Positions 1 through 8,154 of a stretch of DNA of 41,292 nucleotides are shown piece after piece. The stretch lies in the UHGV virus genome UHGV-1356875; one strand, written 5' to 3'. A model generated the notes under the pieces. That model saw only the letters and a program-made list of their open reading frames with translations. It did not search any database and was not told where the DNA came from. A program made the translations under genes and the position numbers. Numbering within the stretch: position 1 is the first letter of the stretch; each line of letters begins with the position of its first letter. The stretch is from a virus.

Positions 1-107
1 ATTTTTTTTATTAATTTCAGAACTTCGTCTATAGTATTTATGTGCATTACATAACCATCTTTTTTATTTTCTTCTACACAAATTTTGTAACTAGGTATTT
101 CCTGCAT
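1..107 (-). CDS. Partial early gene downstream of cro; its 3' end lies beyond the window edge. N-term MQEIPSYKICVEENKKDGYVMHINTIDEVLKLIKK...
   Basis: ATG at 105-107 on the - strand, about 8 nt after an AAGGAGG SD (~115-121). The frame stays open to position 1. Confidence 0.4.
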   Translation of the reverse strand, partial: MQEIPSYKICVEENKKDGYVMHINTIDEVLKLIKK

Positions 108-167
108 TTTAATTCCTCCTTATTAAGTTGTAATTCGTTCAATTTTTATAACCTCTTTTATTACGTT

Positions 168-395
168 TTAAACGTTATTGTTAGTTAAAAAAATAATGTC
201 ATTGTAAGTGACGTTAAATTCTTCTTCTATCTTTTGTAATTGTGGAATATTAGGGAATGTTTTAGCTTTTTCCCAATTGTGCCACACATCAGCAGAAACA
301 CCTACTTTCTTACCTGCCTGTGCTTGAGTTAAATCATATTTAGCACGCAACATTTTTAGAGTATAAGGTTCTTTTCTTACGTATGTTTCAACCAT
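168..395 (-). CDS. cro: Cro-like HTH_XRE transcriptional regulator
   Basis: HTH motif LTQAQAGKKVGVSADVWHNWEKAK. Divergent from cI. Its own promoter is TTGACA-17-TATACT with SD GGAGGTGA. The true start may be an internal Met. Confidence 0.7.
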   Translation of the reverse strand: MVETYVRKEPYTLKMLRAKYDLTQAQAGKKVGVSADVWHNWEKAKTFPNIPQLQKIEEEFNVTYNDIIFLTNNNV

Positions 396-425
396 TTTGT
401 CACCTCCTGTTGTAGAACTGGCTTT

Positions 426-454
426 AGTATATTACGGTTAAAACGTAATGTCAA
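426..454 (-). promoter_or_regulatory. Pcro. -35 TTGACA (449-454 rc), a 17-nt spacer equal to the operator palindrome TTACGgttaaaaCGTAA (432-448), and -10 TATACT (426-431 rc).
   Basis: Consensus hexamers read directly on the - strand. An SD and the cro ATG follow immediately. An operator dyad fills the spacer. Confidence 0.65.
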
Positions 455-482
455 CACTTAAACCGTACTTTTTATTTTTCAC

Positions 483-511
483 TTGTAATATTTACGGAAT
501 AATCGTATAAT
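483..511 (+). promoter_or_regulatory. PcI. TTGTAA (483-488), 17-nt spacer, TATAAT (506-511), with a second operator dyad TTACGgaataatCGTA (492-507) in the spacer.
   Basis: Hexamers and spacing read directly. cI starts 36 nt downstream. The half-site TTACG is shared with the Pcro operator. Confidence 0.6.
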
Positions 512-546
512 GAATTTAAGTTATTAGATGAAGGGATTGAAAATAA

Positions 547-1173
547 ATGCTAGGAAATAAACAAGTAATGGCTAAAAATATTTCTCGTCTTATGAAAGAA
601 AACAATATCAATAGAAAGAAACTTTCAAATGATTTAAAAGTAAAGTATACAACTTTGTCAGATTGGATAAATGCAAAAAATTATCCACGTATTGACAAAA
701 TAGAATTACTTGCTGATTACTTTAATGTAACTAAAGCTGATTTGGTAGAAGATAAAGAACAACAAGTATTAGAAACACTACCAGTCAAAAAAATTCCAGT
801 CGTTTCAAAAATATCTGCGGGCTTACCTATCTATAGTGAAGAAAATTTAATTGATTACATATACTTTGCTACCAACAAACTTAATTCAGATAAAGAAGAA
901 TTTGGTTTAAAAGTGTCTGGCGATAGTATGGATAAGATTTTCCAAGACGGCGATATAGTTGTGGTAGAAAAAGATTCTATAGTAGAGAATGGTCAGTTAG
1001 GCGTTGTTATGATTAATGGTTATAACGCGACTGTTAAACGTATTAGATACAATGGTGACCAAGTTATATTAATTCCAGAATCAAACAATACAAACCACTA
1101 TCCACAGGTATATGGCAAAGATGACGAAGTAAAAATAATTGGTAGAGTTGTAGCAAGTCAAAAGTTATTTTAA
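547..1173 (+). CDS. CI-like repressor: N-terminal HTH_XRE plus C-terminal S24 (LexA-like) autopeptidase
   Basis: N-terminal HTH. Candidate Ala-Gly cleavage site (ISAGLP), Ser motif GDSM and the catalytic Lys region (TVKRI), all typical of S24 repressors. Confidence 0.8.
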   Translation: MLGNKQVMAKNISRLMKENNINRKKLSNDLKVKYTTLSDWINAKNYPRIDKIELLADYFNVTKADLVEDKEQQVLETLPVKKIPVVSKISAGLPIYSEENLIDYIYFATNKLNSDKEEFGLKVSGDSMDKIFQDGDIVVVEKDSIVENGQLGVVMINGYNATVKRIRYNGDQVILIPESNNTNHYPQVYGKDDEVKIIGRVVASQKLF

Positions 1174-1217
1174 TGAAAAGTCAATTTAATAAACTACATG
1201 CAAAAAGGGGACTATGA

Positions 1218-1385
1218 ATGAAGATTTTAAACTATCATATTAGCTATGATCATATTGAGGATTTATACACTGTTACAGCCGAAACTGATAACGGAAAAAC
1301 TTTTTGCTACACATTTTCAGATATGTATACTTTAAAAGAGGTTAGAGAAACGTTAGAGAGAATTGCACGTGAGATAGATAAATAA
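1218..1385 (+). CDS. Small hypothetical protein, 55 aa (MKILNYHISYDHIEDLYTVTAETDNGKTFCYTFSDMYTLKEVRETLERIAREIDK)
   Basis: SD AAAAGGGGA lies 6 nt upstream of the ATG. The stop is 3 nt before the CapA-like ATG, so the two look co-transcribed or translationally coupled. Below the ORF-track cutoff. Confidence 0.4.
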   Translation: MKILNYHISYDHIEDLYTVTAETDNGKTFCYTFSDMYTLKEVRETLERIAREIDK

Positions 1386-1388
1386 ACC

Positions 1389-2546
1389 ATGAAGAAGGTA
1401 TGTAAATTGAAAAAAATAATAGCTATAATTTTTTTTAGCCTATTAGCAGTTATGACTATAATATTTGCTGAAATTGACACCCACTTTAATCATGAAAAAG
1501 TTTCTTTTGTTGCAGTTGGAGATAATTTAATTCATCCAGTTGTTTATAACGATGCAAAAACTCATCACAATGACTATGATTTTTCATCAATGTATAAAAA
1601 CGTTAAACCTTATATAAAAAGATTTGATATTGCTTACATCAACCAAGAATCACCAATGGGAGGGGATGATATACCTTATTCAGGTTTTAAAAGGTTTAAT
1701 ACTCCTAGCGATTTGTCGAAATATTTGGTTGAATCAGGATTTAATTTAATTAACGGATCAAATAATCATGCTCTCGATAAAGGTACACATGGCGTTAATC
1801 ATAGAGTTAATCTATGGGAAAAGTATAAAGAAAAAGGAGTTATGTTCACTGGTGTATACAAGTCTAAAAAAGATAATGAGAAACTTCAAATTATAAATAA
1901 AAATGGAATAAAGATAGCAATACTTAATTATACATTTGGTACTAATGGACTTAAACCAGAAAATAAATATCAAATTAATTATTTGAATGAAAATAAAATA
2001 AAGCGAGACGTCAAATACGCTAAAAAATATAGTGATGCTGTCATCGTTTCAACTCATTGGGGACAAGAAAGTCATCATTATCCAAATAAAAAACAAGAAA
2101 GATATGCTAAAATATTCGCAAATTCGAATGTCGATGCAGTAATAGGTATGCATCCTCATGTAATCCAACCGGTAAAATGGGTAAAAGGTAAAAATAATCA
2201 CAAAACACTGGTAATTTACTCATTAGGTAATTTTTTAAATGGTCAAAACACTGGTAATGAAAGTAATAATCTTTGTGGTAGCATAAACTTCGATATAACA
2301 AAAAAAGGACAGAAAATTGTGATTAAAAATGTTCATTGGAAATCCTTAGTAAATTACTATAAAGAAAGAATACCAGGCAATAAAGATTCTAGATATGATT
2401 TTACTGTTTACCCACTAGACAAATACAACGACAAAATAGCAAATGAACATGGTATGCAAAGTGGTGAAAACAAGGATATGACTAAAGAACATATGGAAAG
2501 AATTACTAATGAAATTATTGATAAAGAATTTTTAAAATCTAACTAA
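1389..2546 (+). CDS. CapA / PGA_cap-family (poly-gamma-glutamate synthesis) metallophosphatase-fold membrane protein; cargo gene
   Basis: N-terminal TM helix. Blocks VAVGDNLIH, DIAYINQESP, NGSNNHALDKG, STHWGQE, IGMHPHVIQP and YSLGNF match CapA/YwtB-type calcineurin-like proteins. Confidence 0.6.
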   Translation: MKKVCKLKKIIAIIFFSLLAVMTIIFAEIDTHFNHEKVSFVAVGDNLIHPVVYNDAKTHHNDYDFSSMYKNVKPYIKRFDIAYINQESPMGGDDIPYSGFKRFNTPSDLSKYLVESGFNLINGSNNHALDKGTHGVNHRVNLWEKYKEKGVMFTGVYKSKKDNEKLQIINKNGIKIAILNYTFGTNGLKPENKYQINYLNENKIKRDVKYAKKYSDAVIVSTHWGQESHHYPNKKQERYAKIFANSNVDAVIGMHPHVIQPVKWVKGKNNHKTLVIYSLGNFLNGQNTGNESNNLCGSINFDITKKGQKIVIKNVHWKSLVNYYKERIPGNKDSRYDFTVYPLDKYNDKIANEHGMQSGENKDMTKEHMERITNEIIDKEFLKSN

Positions 2547-2565
2547 ATTTGTGGATAGTTTAAGA

Positions 2566-2733
2566 AGTAAAAAAGATAACCCCAGGCACATAGGAATGCT
2601 CAGTGCATATGCACCTACCCCTTTTCGGGACCCAGCGTTAATCCTTCTTGAGTTATCTTAATTATATTATAAGTTACATTAATTATTATTTGAAGAGTAA
2701 ATTATCGGGTAGCTCGCCTACCCTATACTTTTG
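2566..2733 (+). repeat. Copy A of a ~165-bp conserved intergenic element. Conserved 5' block, internal promoter-like TTGAGT..TATAAG segment, then 3' hairpin GGGTAGCtcgcCTACCC plus a U-run.
   Basis: About 75-80% identical to 4400-4566. Both copies start at the stop codon of the upstream cassette ORF and end just before the SD of the next gene. Confidence 0.7.
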
Positions 2734-2916
2734 ATATATAAGGAGTGCAAAATAATAAAAAAGTTTTTAGCTTTAATTTTTAGCGGTGCTTTAATTTTAG
2801 GCGCATGTGACACTAAAGATGTGGAAGATAGTACAAAGAAAAAGAAAGATCCTAAAACTGAAGTGGATGATAAAGGTAGAGTTAAGGGTGAAAAAATTGA
2901 AAAAGCGCTAAAATAA
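2731..2916 (+). CDS. Small lipoprotein, mature ~40 aa and Lys/Asp-rich. The likely real start is ATA at 2752 or 2755 (signal MIKKFLALIFSGALILGAC).
   Basis: Lipobox ILGAC. SD AAGGAG (2740-2745) lies 6-9 nt before ATA ATA. The TTG at 2731 used by the ORF track has no SD and sits inside the terminator U-run. Confidence 0.55.
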   Translation: MIYKECKIIKKFLALIFSGALILGACDTKDVEDSTKKKKDPKTEVDDKGRVKGEKIEKALK

Positions 2917-2982
2917 TATTTCACAGATTAATTATTTTACCATTCTAGTGGCTCTTTAACATAAACAAAGGAGGATGTAAGT

Positions 2983-3387
2983 ATGTTCGAAAAACTATTA
3001 ACTTCAATAGGTATAGAATCATTAAAAATAAACACTGTGTTAAAAACACAACAAGTTCATAGTAAAGGTATTTTAGAAGGAAGTGTCATAATAGAAAGCG
3101 CCGCATCTGAACAAACTATTAACCAGATTGAGCTTACATTAATTGAAAGATATGATAATCCCGATGAGCGAAGTCAATTTCCTATTTTAGATAATGAATT
3201 ACAAACATTCACTTTACACGTAGACCGTAGTATATGTGAAAATACCAAAGAAATTGAACATTTCCAATTTAATATTCATGAACTAGAATTTAAAACTAAT
3301 CCCAATAAATTAATTTTAAAAACACATGCTTACCTTTCTCATTCTGTTGATGCTTACGATGAAGATGAAATAAGGTTGATTGATTAA
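2983..3387 (+). CDS. SpoOM-like (sporulation-control Spo0M family, arrestin-like) short protein
   Basis: N-terminus MFEKLLTSIGIESLKINTVL...EGSVIIE parallels the Spo0M N-terminus (MSFFKKLASVGIGAAKVDT...). SD AAAGGAGGA lies upstream. Confidence 0.45.
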   Translation: MFEKLLTSIGIESLKINTVLKTQQVHSKGILEGSVIIESAASEQTINQIELTLIERYDNPDERSQFPILDNELQTFTLHVDRSICENTKEIEHFQFNIHELEFKTNPNKLILKTHAYLSHSVDAYDEDEIRLID

Positions 3388-3428
3388 TTGTGTTCTACTT
3401 TTTCAACATAAATAAAGGAGGTTGAGGT

Positions 3429-4412
3429 ATGGAGAGAGAAAATTTGAAAGAGCGTTTGTTACTTAAATGTCAAGAAGCATTTATTATGGGTTTGGAATTG
3501 TATAATAAACCTACAATTAAATATAGAATTGAAGGTTTCTCATTCTTTATATGTAATGCTTGGGAGTTAATGTTAAAAGCTAAATTATTGAAAGACGATA
3601 TTTCTATTTATTATTCAGATAACCCAAACAGGACTTTGAATTTATCTGATGTGATTAAAATTATCTATACTGATAAAAATCAACCATTAAGAATAAACTT
3701 AGAAAAGATTATAGACTTGAGAAATATTAGCACTCATTTAGTTACAGAGGATTATGAAACTGTTTATGCTCCTTTTTTTCAAGCTAATATTTTAAATTTT
3801 TCGGAACAACTACAAAAATTTCATGACATAGATATAACTAGAAAAATACCTCAAAATTTTTTAAGTTTGTCTGTAAATATGGATATATTAAACAATGATG
3901 AAATACGTGGGAAATATTCACCAACCATTGCCGAAAAGTTAATAACTCAAAAAAATGATTTAGAAGTTGCGCAAGAAACAAATAGTTCTAATTCATTAGT
4001 TATTCCTTTACAAAACACAATAATTATTACAAAAAATCCTAAAAACGCTGATTTTTCAGTAAATGTTTCAAGTGGTTCAGAAAATAACGCTAAAATTTTA
4101 AAAGAGTTAAAAGATCCTAACGATAAATACAGATTAAGTTTTAACAATGTAATTAAAGGTGTTAACAAACAGTTAAAAGCCAAAAACTTAAAATTCAATT
4201 ATTACGATAAAGCTAACGATAAAAATGAATTTAATCAGTATACTTTAAGTTTAATAATAAAATTCTACAATTTAAAATTTGACGATAAATATGCATATCA
4301 TTTTGCAAATCTAACTAGGTATTCTCAACAAATTGTAGATTTTATAGTTAAAGAAATAAAAAATGATCCAAATATAATTAATAACATAAAAAAAGCAAAT
4401 AAAAAAAGATAA
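3429..4412 (+). CDS. 327-aa protein with a HEPN-like R-x4-H motif (LRNISTHL). Possible AbiD/AbiF (Abi_2)-like abortive-infection protein. C-terminal half is N/K-rich.
   Basis: N-terminal block ELYNKP...YRIEGFSFFICNAWELMLKAKLL, then RNxxxH as in HEPN/Abi_2 families. Strong SD AAAGGAGG. Confidence 0.4.
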   Translation: MERENLKERLLLKCQEAFIMGLELYNKPTIKYRIEGFSFFICNAWELMLKAKLLKDDISIYYSDNPNRTLNLSDVIKIIYTDKNQPLRINLEKIIDLRNISTHLVTEDYETVYAPFFQANILNFSEQLQKFHDIDITRKIPQNFLSLSVNMDILNNDEIRGKYSPTIAEKLITQKNDLEVAQETNSSNSLVIPLQNTIIITKNPKNADFSVNVSSGSENNAKILKELKDPNDKYRLSFNNVIKGVNKQLKAKNLKFNYYDKANDKNEFNQYTLSLIIKFYNLKFDDKYAYHFANLTRYSQQIVDFIVKEIKNDPNIINNIKKANKKR

Positions 4413-4566
4413 CCCCAGGGTCATAGGAATTCTCAGCTTTCGCCTACCCCCATTCGGGGACCCAGAGCTAATCCTTCTCGAGTTATCTTAAATACATTAT
4501 AAGTTACATCGAGTATTATTTCAAGAATAATTTTACGGGTAGCATGCCTACCCTTATTATTTTTTA
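4400..4566 (+). repeat. Copy B of the ~165-bp conserved element. Hairpin GGGTAGCatgcCTACCC plus U8, immediately upstream of the int SD.
   Basis: Aligned by eye to 2566-2733 with conserved blocks GATAACCCCAGG, CATAGGAAT.CTCAG, CCTACCCC..TTCGGGACCCAG, TAATCCTTCT.GAGTTATCTTA, ATTATAAGTTACAT and CGGGTAGC..GCCTACCC. Confidence 0.7.
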
Positions 4567-4590
4567 CTTTTTTAAGGAGGAACACGGAAA

Positions 4591-5640
4591 ATGGCAACAT
4601 TTACAGTAACAAAACGCAAAAATAAGACAAGTTCATCATGGCAATATGATGTTAAACACCCTAGTTTGAAGTCTGGTAAAAAACGTAAATCTGGTTTTAA
4701 AACAAAAGCTGAGGCTACTAATGCAGCACAACAATTAATTAGAGATTTAGAAGATGGCAACAACATTGAAGATAATAAAAAATTCATCGACTACTACGAT
4801 GACTGGATAAAAATTAAGAACAAGAAACAGTTGTCTAGCAAACAATTCTACTGGTATGAAAGATCGATTAAATTATTCAGTGAGTATTTCGGAGAAAATA
4901 TGTTAGTTAAAAATATCACACGTATTGAGTATCAAAAGTTTTTAAATCAATACGCACAAGGTCACACTGATGAAACAGTAAGAAAAGTTCACGGTTGTCT
5001 TGCTAGATGTATTAGAGACGCGTTATACGATGGCTATTTGAAGAAAGACCCTACTTATAATGTAAATATCAAAGGGACTGAAAAAGCTAAAGATGAGAAA
5101 TTTAAGTTTATTACGATAAAAGACTATTTAAACTTGCTAGATTATTTCAAGAAAAGAGATGAAGAAAGTTATGTTTTGCTATATCTATTAGGCATTACTG
5201 GCGCAAGATATAGCGATGTCATCAATATGACTTACAAAGATCTAAACAAAGCGAATGGCATAATTCATTTGCCTGGAACGAAAACAAAGAATTCAAAACG
5301 TGATGTAGAAGTTAATTCAAAAGATATCATACACATAAATTCAAAATTAGCTAAAATGCCGCGTAGAATTGATGGCAAGTTATTCTCTGTTAGTCATACA
5401 TCAGTAGGTAAAGCATTTAGAAAAGCAAAAGAAGTGATAGGATTAAACGATAATAATATAACTCCCTATTCACTCAGACATACGCACACATCTTACTTAC
5501 TATCTAAAGGCATACCAATCGAGTATATAAGTAAACGTTTAGGTCACGCTACTATATCACAAACGTTAGACACGTATTCACATTTATTAGAAGAACATAA
5601 AAAAGAGCAAGGCCAACGTGTTAGAGAAATATTCTCTTGA
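4591..5640 (+). CDS. int: Tyrosine recombinase / phage integrase
   Basis: C-terminal catalytic region YSLRHTHTSYLL...GHATISQTLDTYSHL (the R-H-R-Y family signature). SD AAGGAGG. Confidence 0.85.
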   Translation: MATFTVTKRKNKTSSSWQYDVKHPSLKSGKKRKSGFKTKAEATNAAQQLIRDLEDGNNIEDNKKFIDYYDDWIKIKNKKQLSSKQFYWYERSIKLFSEYFGENMLVKNITRIEYQKFLNQYAQGHTDETVRKVHGCLARCIRDALYDGYLKKDPTYNVNIKGTEKAKDEKFKFITIKDYLNLLDYFKKRDEESYVLLYLLGITGARYSDVINMTYKDLNKANGIIHLPGTKTKNSKRDVEVNSKDIIHINSKLAKMPRRIDGKLFSVSHTSVGKAFRKAKEVIGLNDNNITPYSLRHTHTSYLLSKGIPIEYISKRLGHATISQTLDTYSHLLEEHKKEQGQRVREIFS

Positions 5641-5825
5641 CACTTATTTGACACTTACTCTATCGAAAGCCCGTCATATCAACGGTATAGTACGGAAACG
5701 GAGGGATAAATTTAATTTTCTAAACAACTGTAAAAAGGCTTAACTACAGTATTTTTAGAGATTTATTTTCTGACTAGACCTAAATAAGTATAACTATTTT
5801 GACACGTATTTGACACGTGCACACA
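5640..5825. repeat. attP arm-type direct repeats: TTGACACTTATTTGACACTTA (5640-5663) and TTTGACACGTATTTGACACGTG (5797-5820)
   Basis: Four TGACAC(T/G)T copies directly 3' of int. Typical of Int arm-binding sites. Confidence 0.45.
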
Positions 5826-5832
5826 AAAAATT

Positions 5833-5857
5833 ACCACGCTCATAAAGAACGTGGTTA
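5833..5857 (-). terminator. Hairpin ACCACGCTCATAAAGAACGTGGT, with the A-run on the + side giving a U-run on the - strand. Duplicated at 6077-6101.
   Basis: Inverted repeat read directly. Two near-identical copies lie 244 bp apart between the lysin end and int. Confidence 0.45.
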
Positions 5858-6076
5858 GTAAATAAATACATGAAAAACTGAGATGAGAGAAAAGTTAAAT
5901 TGTATATATATAAATTAGCACATTAAAGAATATAAAGTAAATGGTTAACTAAAAATAATATCTTTATATTAGATTTCACATAAAAAAGGATAGCCATTAA
6001 GACTACCCTTCTGTGAAATGACTAGCAAATTAATTATAACATAGTTGTGACAGAAATTGTTGCGTTCGCAAAAATA

Positions 6077-6101
6077 ACCACGCTCATAAAGAGCGTGGTA
6101 G
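6077..6101 (-). terminator. Second copy of the ACCACGCTC-ataaag-AGCGTGGT hairpin (perfect 8-bp stem). Likely late-operon terminator.
   Basis: Perfect dyad flanked by an A-run (+) and therefore a T-run (-). Confidence 0.45.
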
Positions 6102-6305
6102 CAAAAAAATTATAAAGGAGTATAAAAAATTAAATTGTATGTAATTTAATTATAGCACAGACCGTGTAACCAATGTAGTGTTAAACCATGTTTTTTAATA
6201 TCAATCTAACATCTTCATATTATAGACATAATTAATTGTAATTTATAAGAGGGTAGCCATAGCAACTACCCTTGTATAATGACGTGGTAATTGTATTATA
6301 ACAGA

Positions 6306-7769
6306 TTAATTGATTGTACCCCACAATTTCCCTAAACTGTCATTTGTTTTATTCCATGTTCTCACAGCTAACCAAACGTCATTACCATTATAAGCTGTAT
6401 AACTCACCCAAACGTGACCGTCTTGTTTACACACAGTGTCATATTTTATTGTTTGACCTGGCTGTAATACACCGCTCACAGGACAACTTCTAAACGGCCC
6501 AACATAATGAGTTTTAATAGGAGTGTTTGGCGTAAAGCGAGCTATTTCTGATTTGTAATAAGTTCCATACTTATTGATTTTCCAACCGTTTATATCTCGT
6601 CTATTAGCTGGAGTGGAAGCACTGCCAGGTTTGTTTTTAACTGTAGTAACTTTAGGTGTACTGCCTTTCATATATGCCCTAATTTGCTTAATAAAGTAAT
6701 CTTTTAACTTAAGTTGTGTTGCCTTAGTCCATGCTTGTTTTGTTGGATCAATACCAGTATGCAATTTAGCTGAACGATGAGGACAAGCTGTATAACTAAA
6801 TTCGTTGTGTAAACGAACAGTATTTCTGTTAGCTGGTAACCCCCACTTTTTAAGTTTATGCGCTGCGAATTTAAGAGCTGTTTGTTCATTTTTAAGGAAA
6901 TCTTTATCGCTTACGTACAATGATTGATTAACTTCAATTCCATAAGTTTCAAAATTACCTGAACCCGGTTGAACGCCATCAGAAACATGCCAAGCAATTC
7001 TATCTTCTGATATAGCTTCCCAAATACCGTTTCTATCAGCATATGCGTGAGCTATACCTCTTGCTAATCTACTGTAATCAGCGTTTACTAGATTGCTATA
7101 GTATTGCTTTGAATTCATTGTACCAGCATCGTTATGAATAACTACAGCTTTAGGTTTACGACCTCTTTTAGTCATAGTCCAACCTTTTATATGATTAGTG
7201 TTAACTTTGATGCTACTATTTTCCTTAACTGACTGTTTAGGAGCTGATTTTGCATTATTTTTAGGTGCTTCTATTTCTTTCGCTACAGGCGGAACAATAA
7301 AGTGTGTTAAACCATAATAGTTATCCCATCGTAAGCTAGGCTTTTTATTAGCCCAGCCATTCCAATTTTGTTCAAGTATTTGGAAGGAGTTCGTATTACC
7401 ACCTTCATACACTATACCTATATGACCATAACGCGAATAAATTCCAGATGTATATACAGCTATCCAACCTTTTTTGGGTACCGTTGACGGTTTATTTTCT
7501 ACAATCTTCCACTCTTTAGGGAATTTATTCATTAAAGAGCTTTTAGCATCGCCCCACATTTCTGTTTGATTATCAGTTAACCACATTACATAATCTATCG
7601 CCAAATCCATACACTGTGCGTGATAAGCACGATCTTTATCAATGCATCCTGGTTCCATAGCACCAAACGAAGCGTCATAACTCGTCCAACGTTTAACTCT
7701 GTATGGACTATCTACTACACCGTTTTTATAATCTCTTAAACGTTTATTGATTTGAGATTGTGTTTTCAT
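6306..7769 (-). CDS. Endolysin: CHAP peptidase, Amidase_2 and C-terminal SH3b
   Basis: N-terminal CHAP region resembles the LysK/phi11 lysin (cf. DSPYRVKK..YHAQC..KKGWIAVFTSG..HIGIV..QNWNGYANKKP..DNYYGLTHFI). SH3b-like C-terminus. Strong SD GGAGGAGGAG before the internal ATG at 7769. The ORF-track start at 7823 overlaps the holin. Confidence 0.85.
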   Translation of the reverse strand: MKTQSQINKRLRDYKNGVVDSPYRVKRWTSYDASFGAMEPGCIDKDRAYHAQCMDLAIDYVMWLTDNQTEMWGDAKSSLMNKFPKEWKIVENKPSTVPKKGWIAVYTSGIYSRYGHIGIVYEGGNTNSFQILEQNWNGWANKKPSLRWDNYYGLTHFIVPPVAKEIEAPKNNAKSAPKQSVKENSSIKVNTNHIKGWTMTKRGRKPKAVVIHNDAGTMNSKQYYSNLVNADYSRLARGIAHAYADRNGIWEAISEDRIAWHVSDGVQPGSGNFETYGIEVNQSLYVSDKDFLKNEQTALKFAAHKLKKWGLPANRNTVRLHNEFSYTACPHRSAKLHTGIDPTKQAWTKATQLKLKDYFIKQIRAYMKGSTPKVTTVKNKPGSASTPANRRDINGWKINKYGTYYKSEIARFTPNTPIKTHYVGPFRSCPVSGVLQPGQTIKYDTVCKQDGHVWVSYTAYNGNDVWLAVRTWNKTNDSLGKLWGTIN

Positions 7770-8154
7770 CTGGGGCTCCTCCTCCACCATTGTTAAACTC
7801 GAATTTCTCTTCATCAGAATCATCAGTAAACGGTTCGTTAGTGTCGAAAACTTCAGGTTTCACTGCACCTGACTCACTTTTAAAGTGTACAGGATGTGTT
7901 TCTTGATTGCGCGGTTTATTTAGTTCTAGGTCAATACCAGCATCAGCAAATCCTTTAGTGTTAGGGTTTGTAACAACACCTAATGCTACAAGTATTGTAA
8001 TAATACTCCCCAGAATACTACTGATTGTTTCAAGTTGACTTGATATATCTATACCAAATGCTTCGGTTACTTGTTTAGCAAATAATAATATAGCACCAAC
8101 TAAAGCTGTGAGTGTTGTTCCGTTTTTTAAACGTGTAATCCAATTAATTTTCAA
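7744..8154 (-). CDS. Holin (phi11-family, 2-TM)
   Basis: MKINWITRLKNG..LVGAILLFAKQVTEAFGID..ILVALGVVTNP parallels the phi11 holin. Sits directly upstream of the lysin. Confidence 0.8.
   Translation of the reverse strand: MKINWITRLKNGTTLTALVGAILLFAKQVTEAFGIDISSQLETISSILGSIITILVALGVVTNPNTKGFADAGIDLELNKPRNQETHPVHFKSESGAVKPEVFDTNEPFTDDSDEEKFEFNNGGGGAPDENTISNQ

Noticed and set aside
2718-2924. 68-aa - strand ORF
   Set aside because: Exactly antisense to the lipoprotein gene, with a low-complexity product and no SD.
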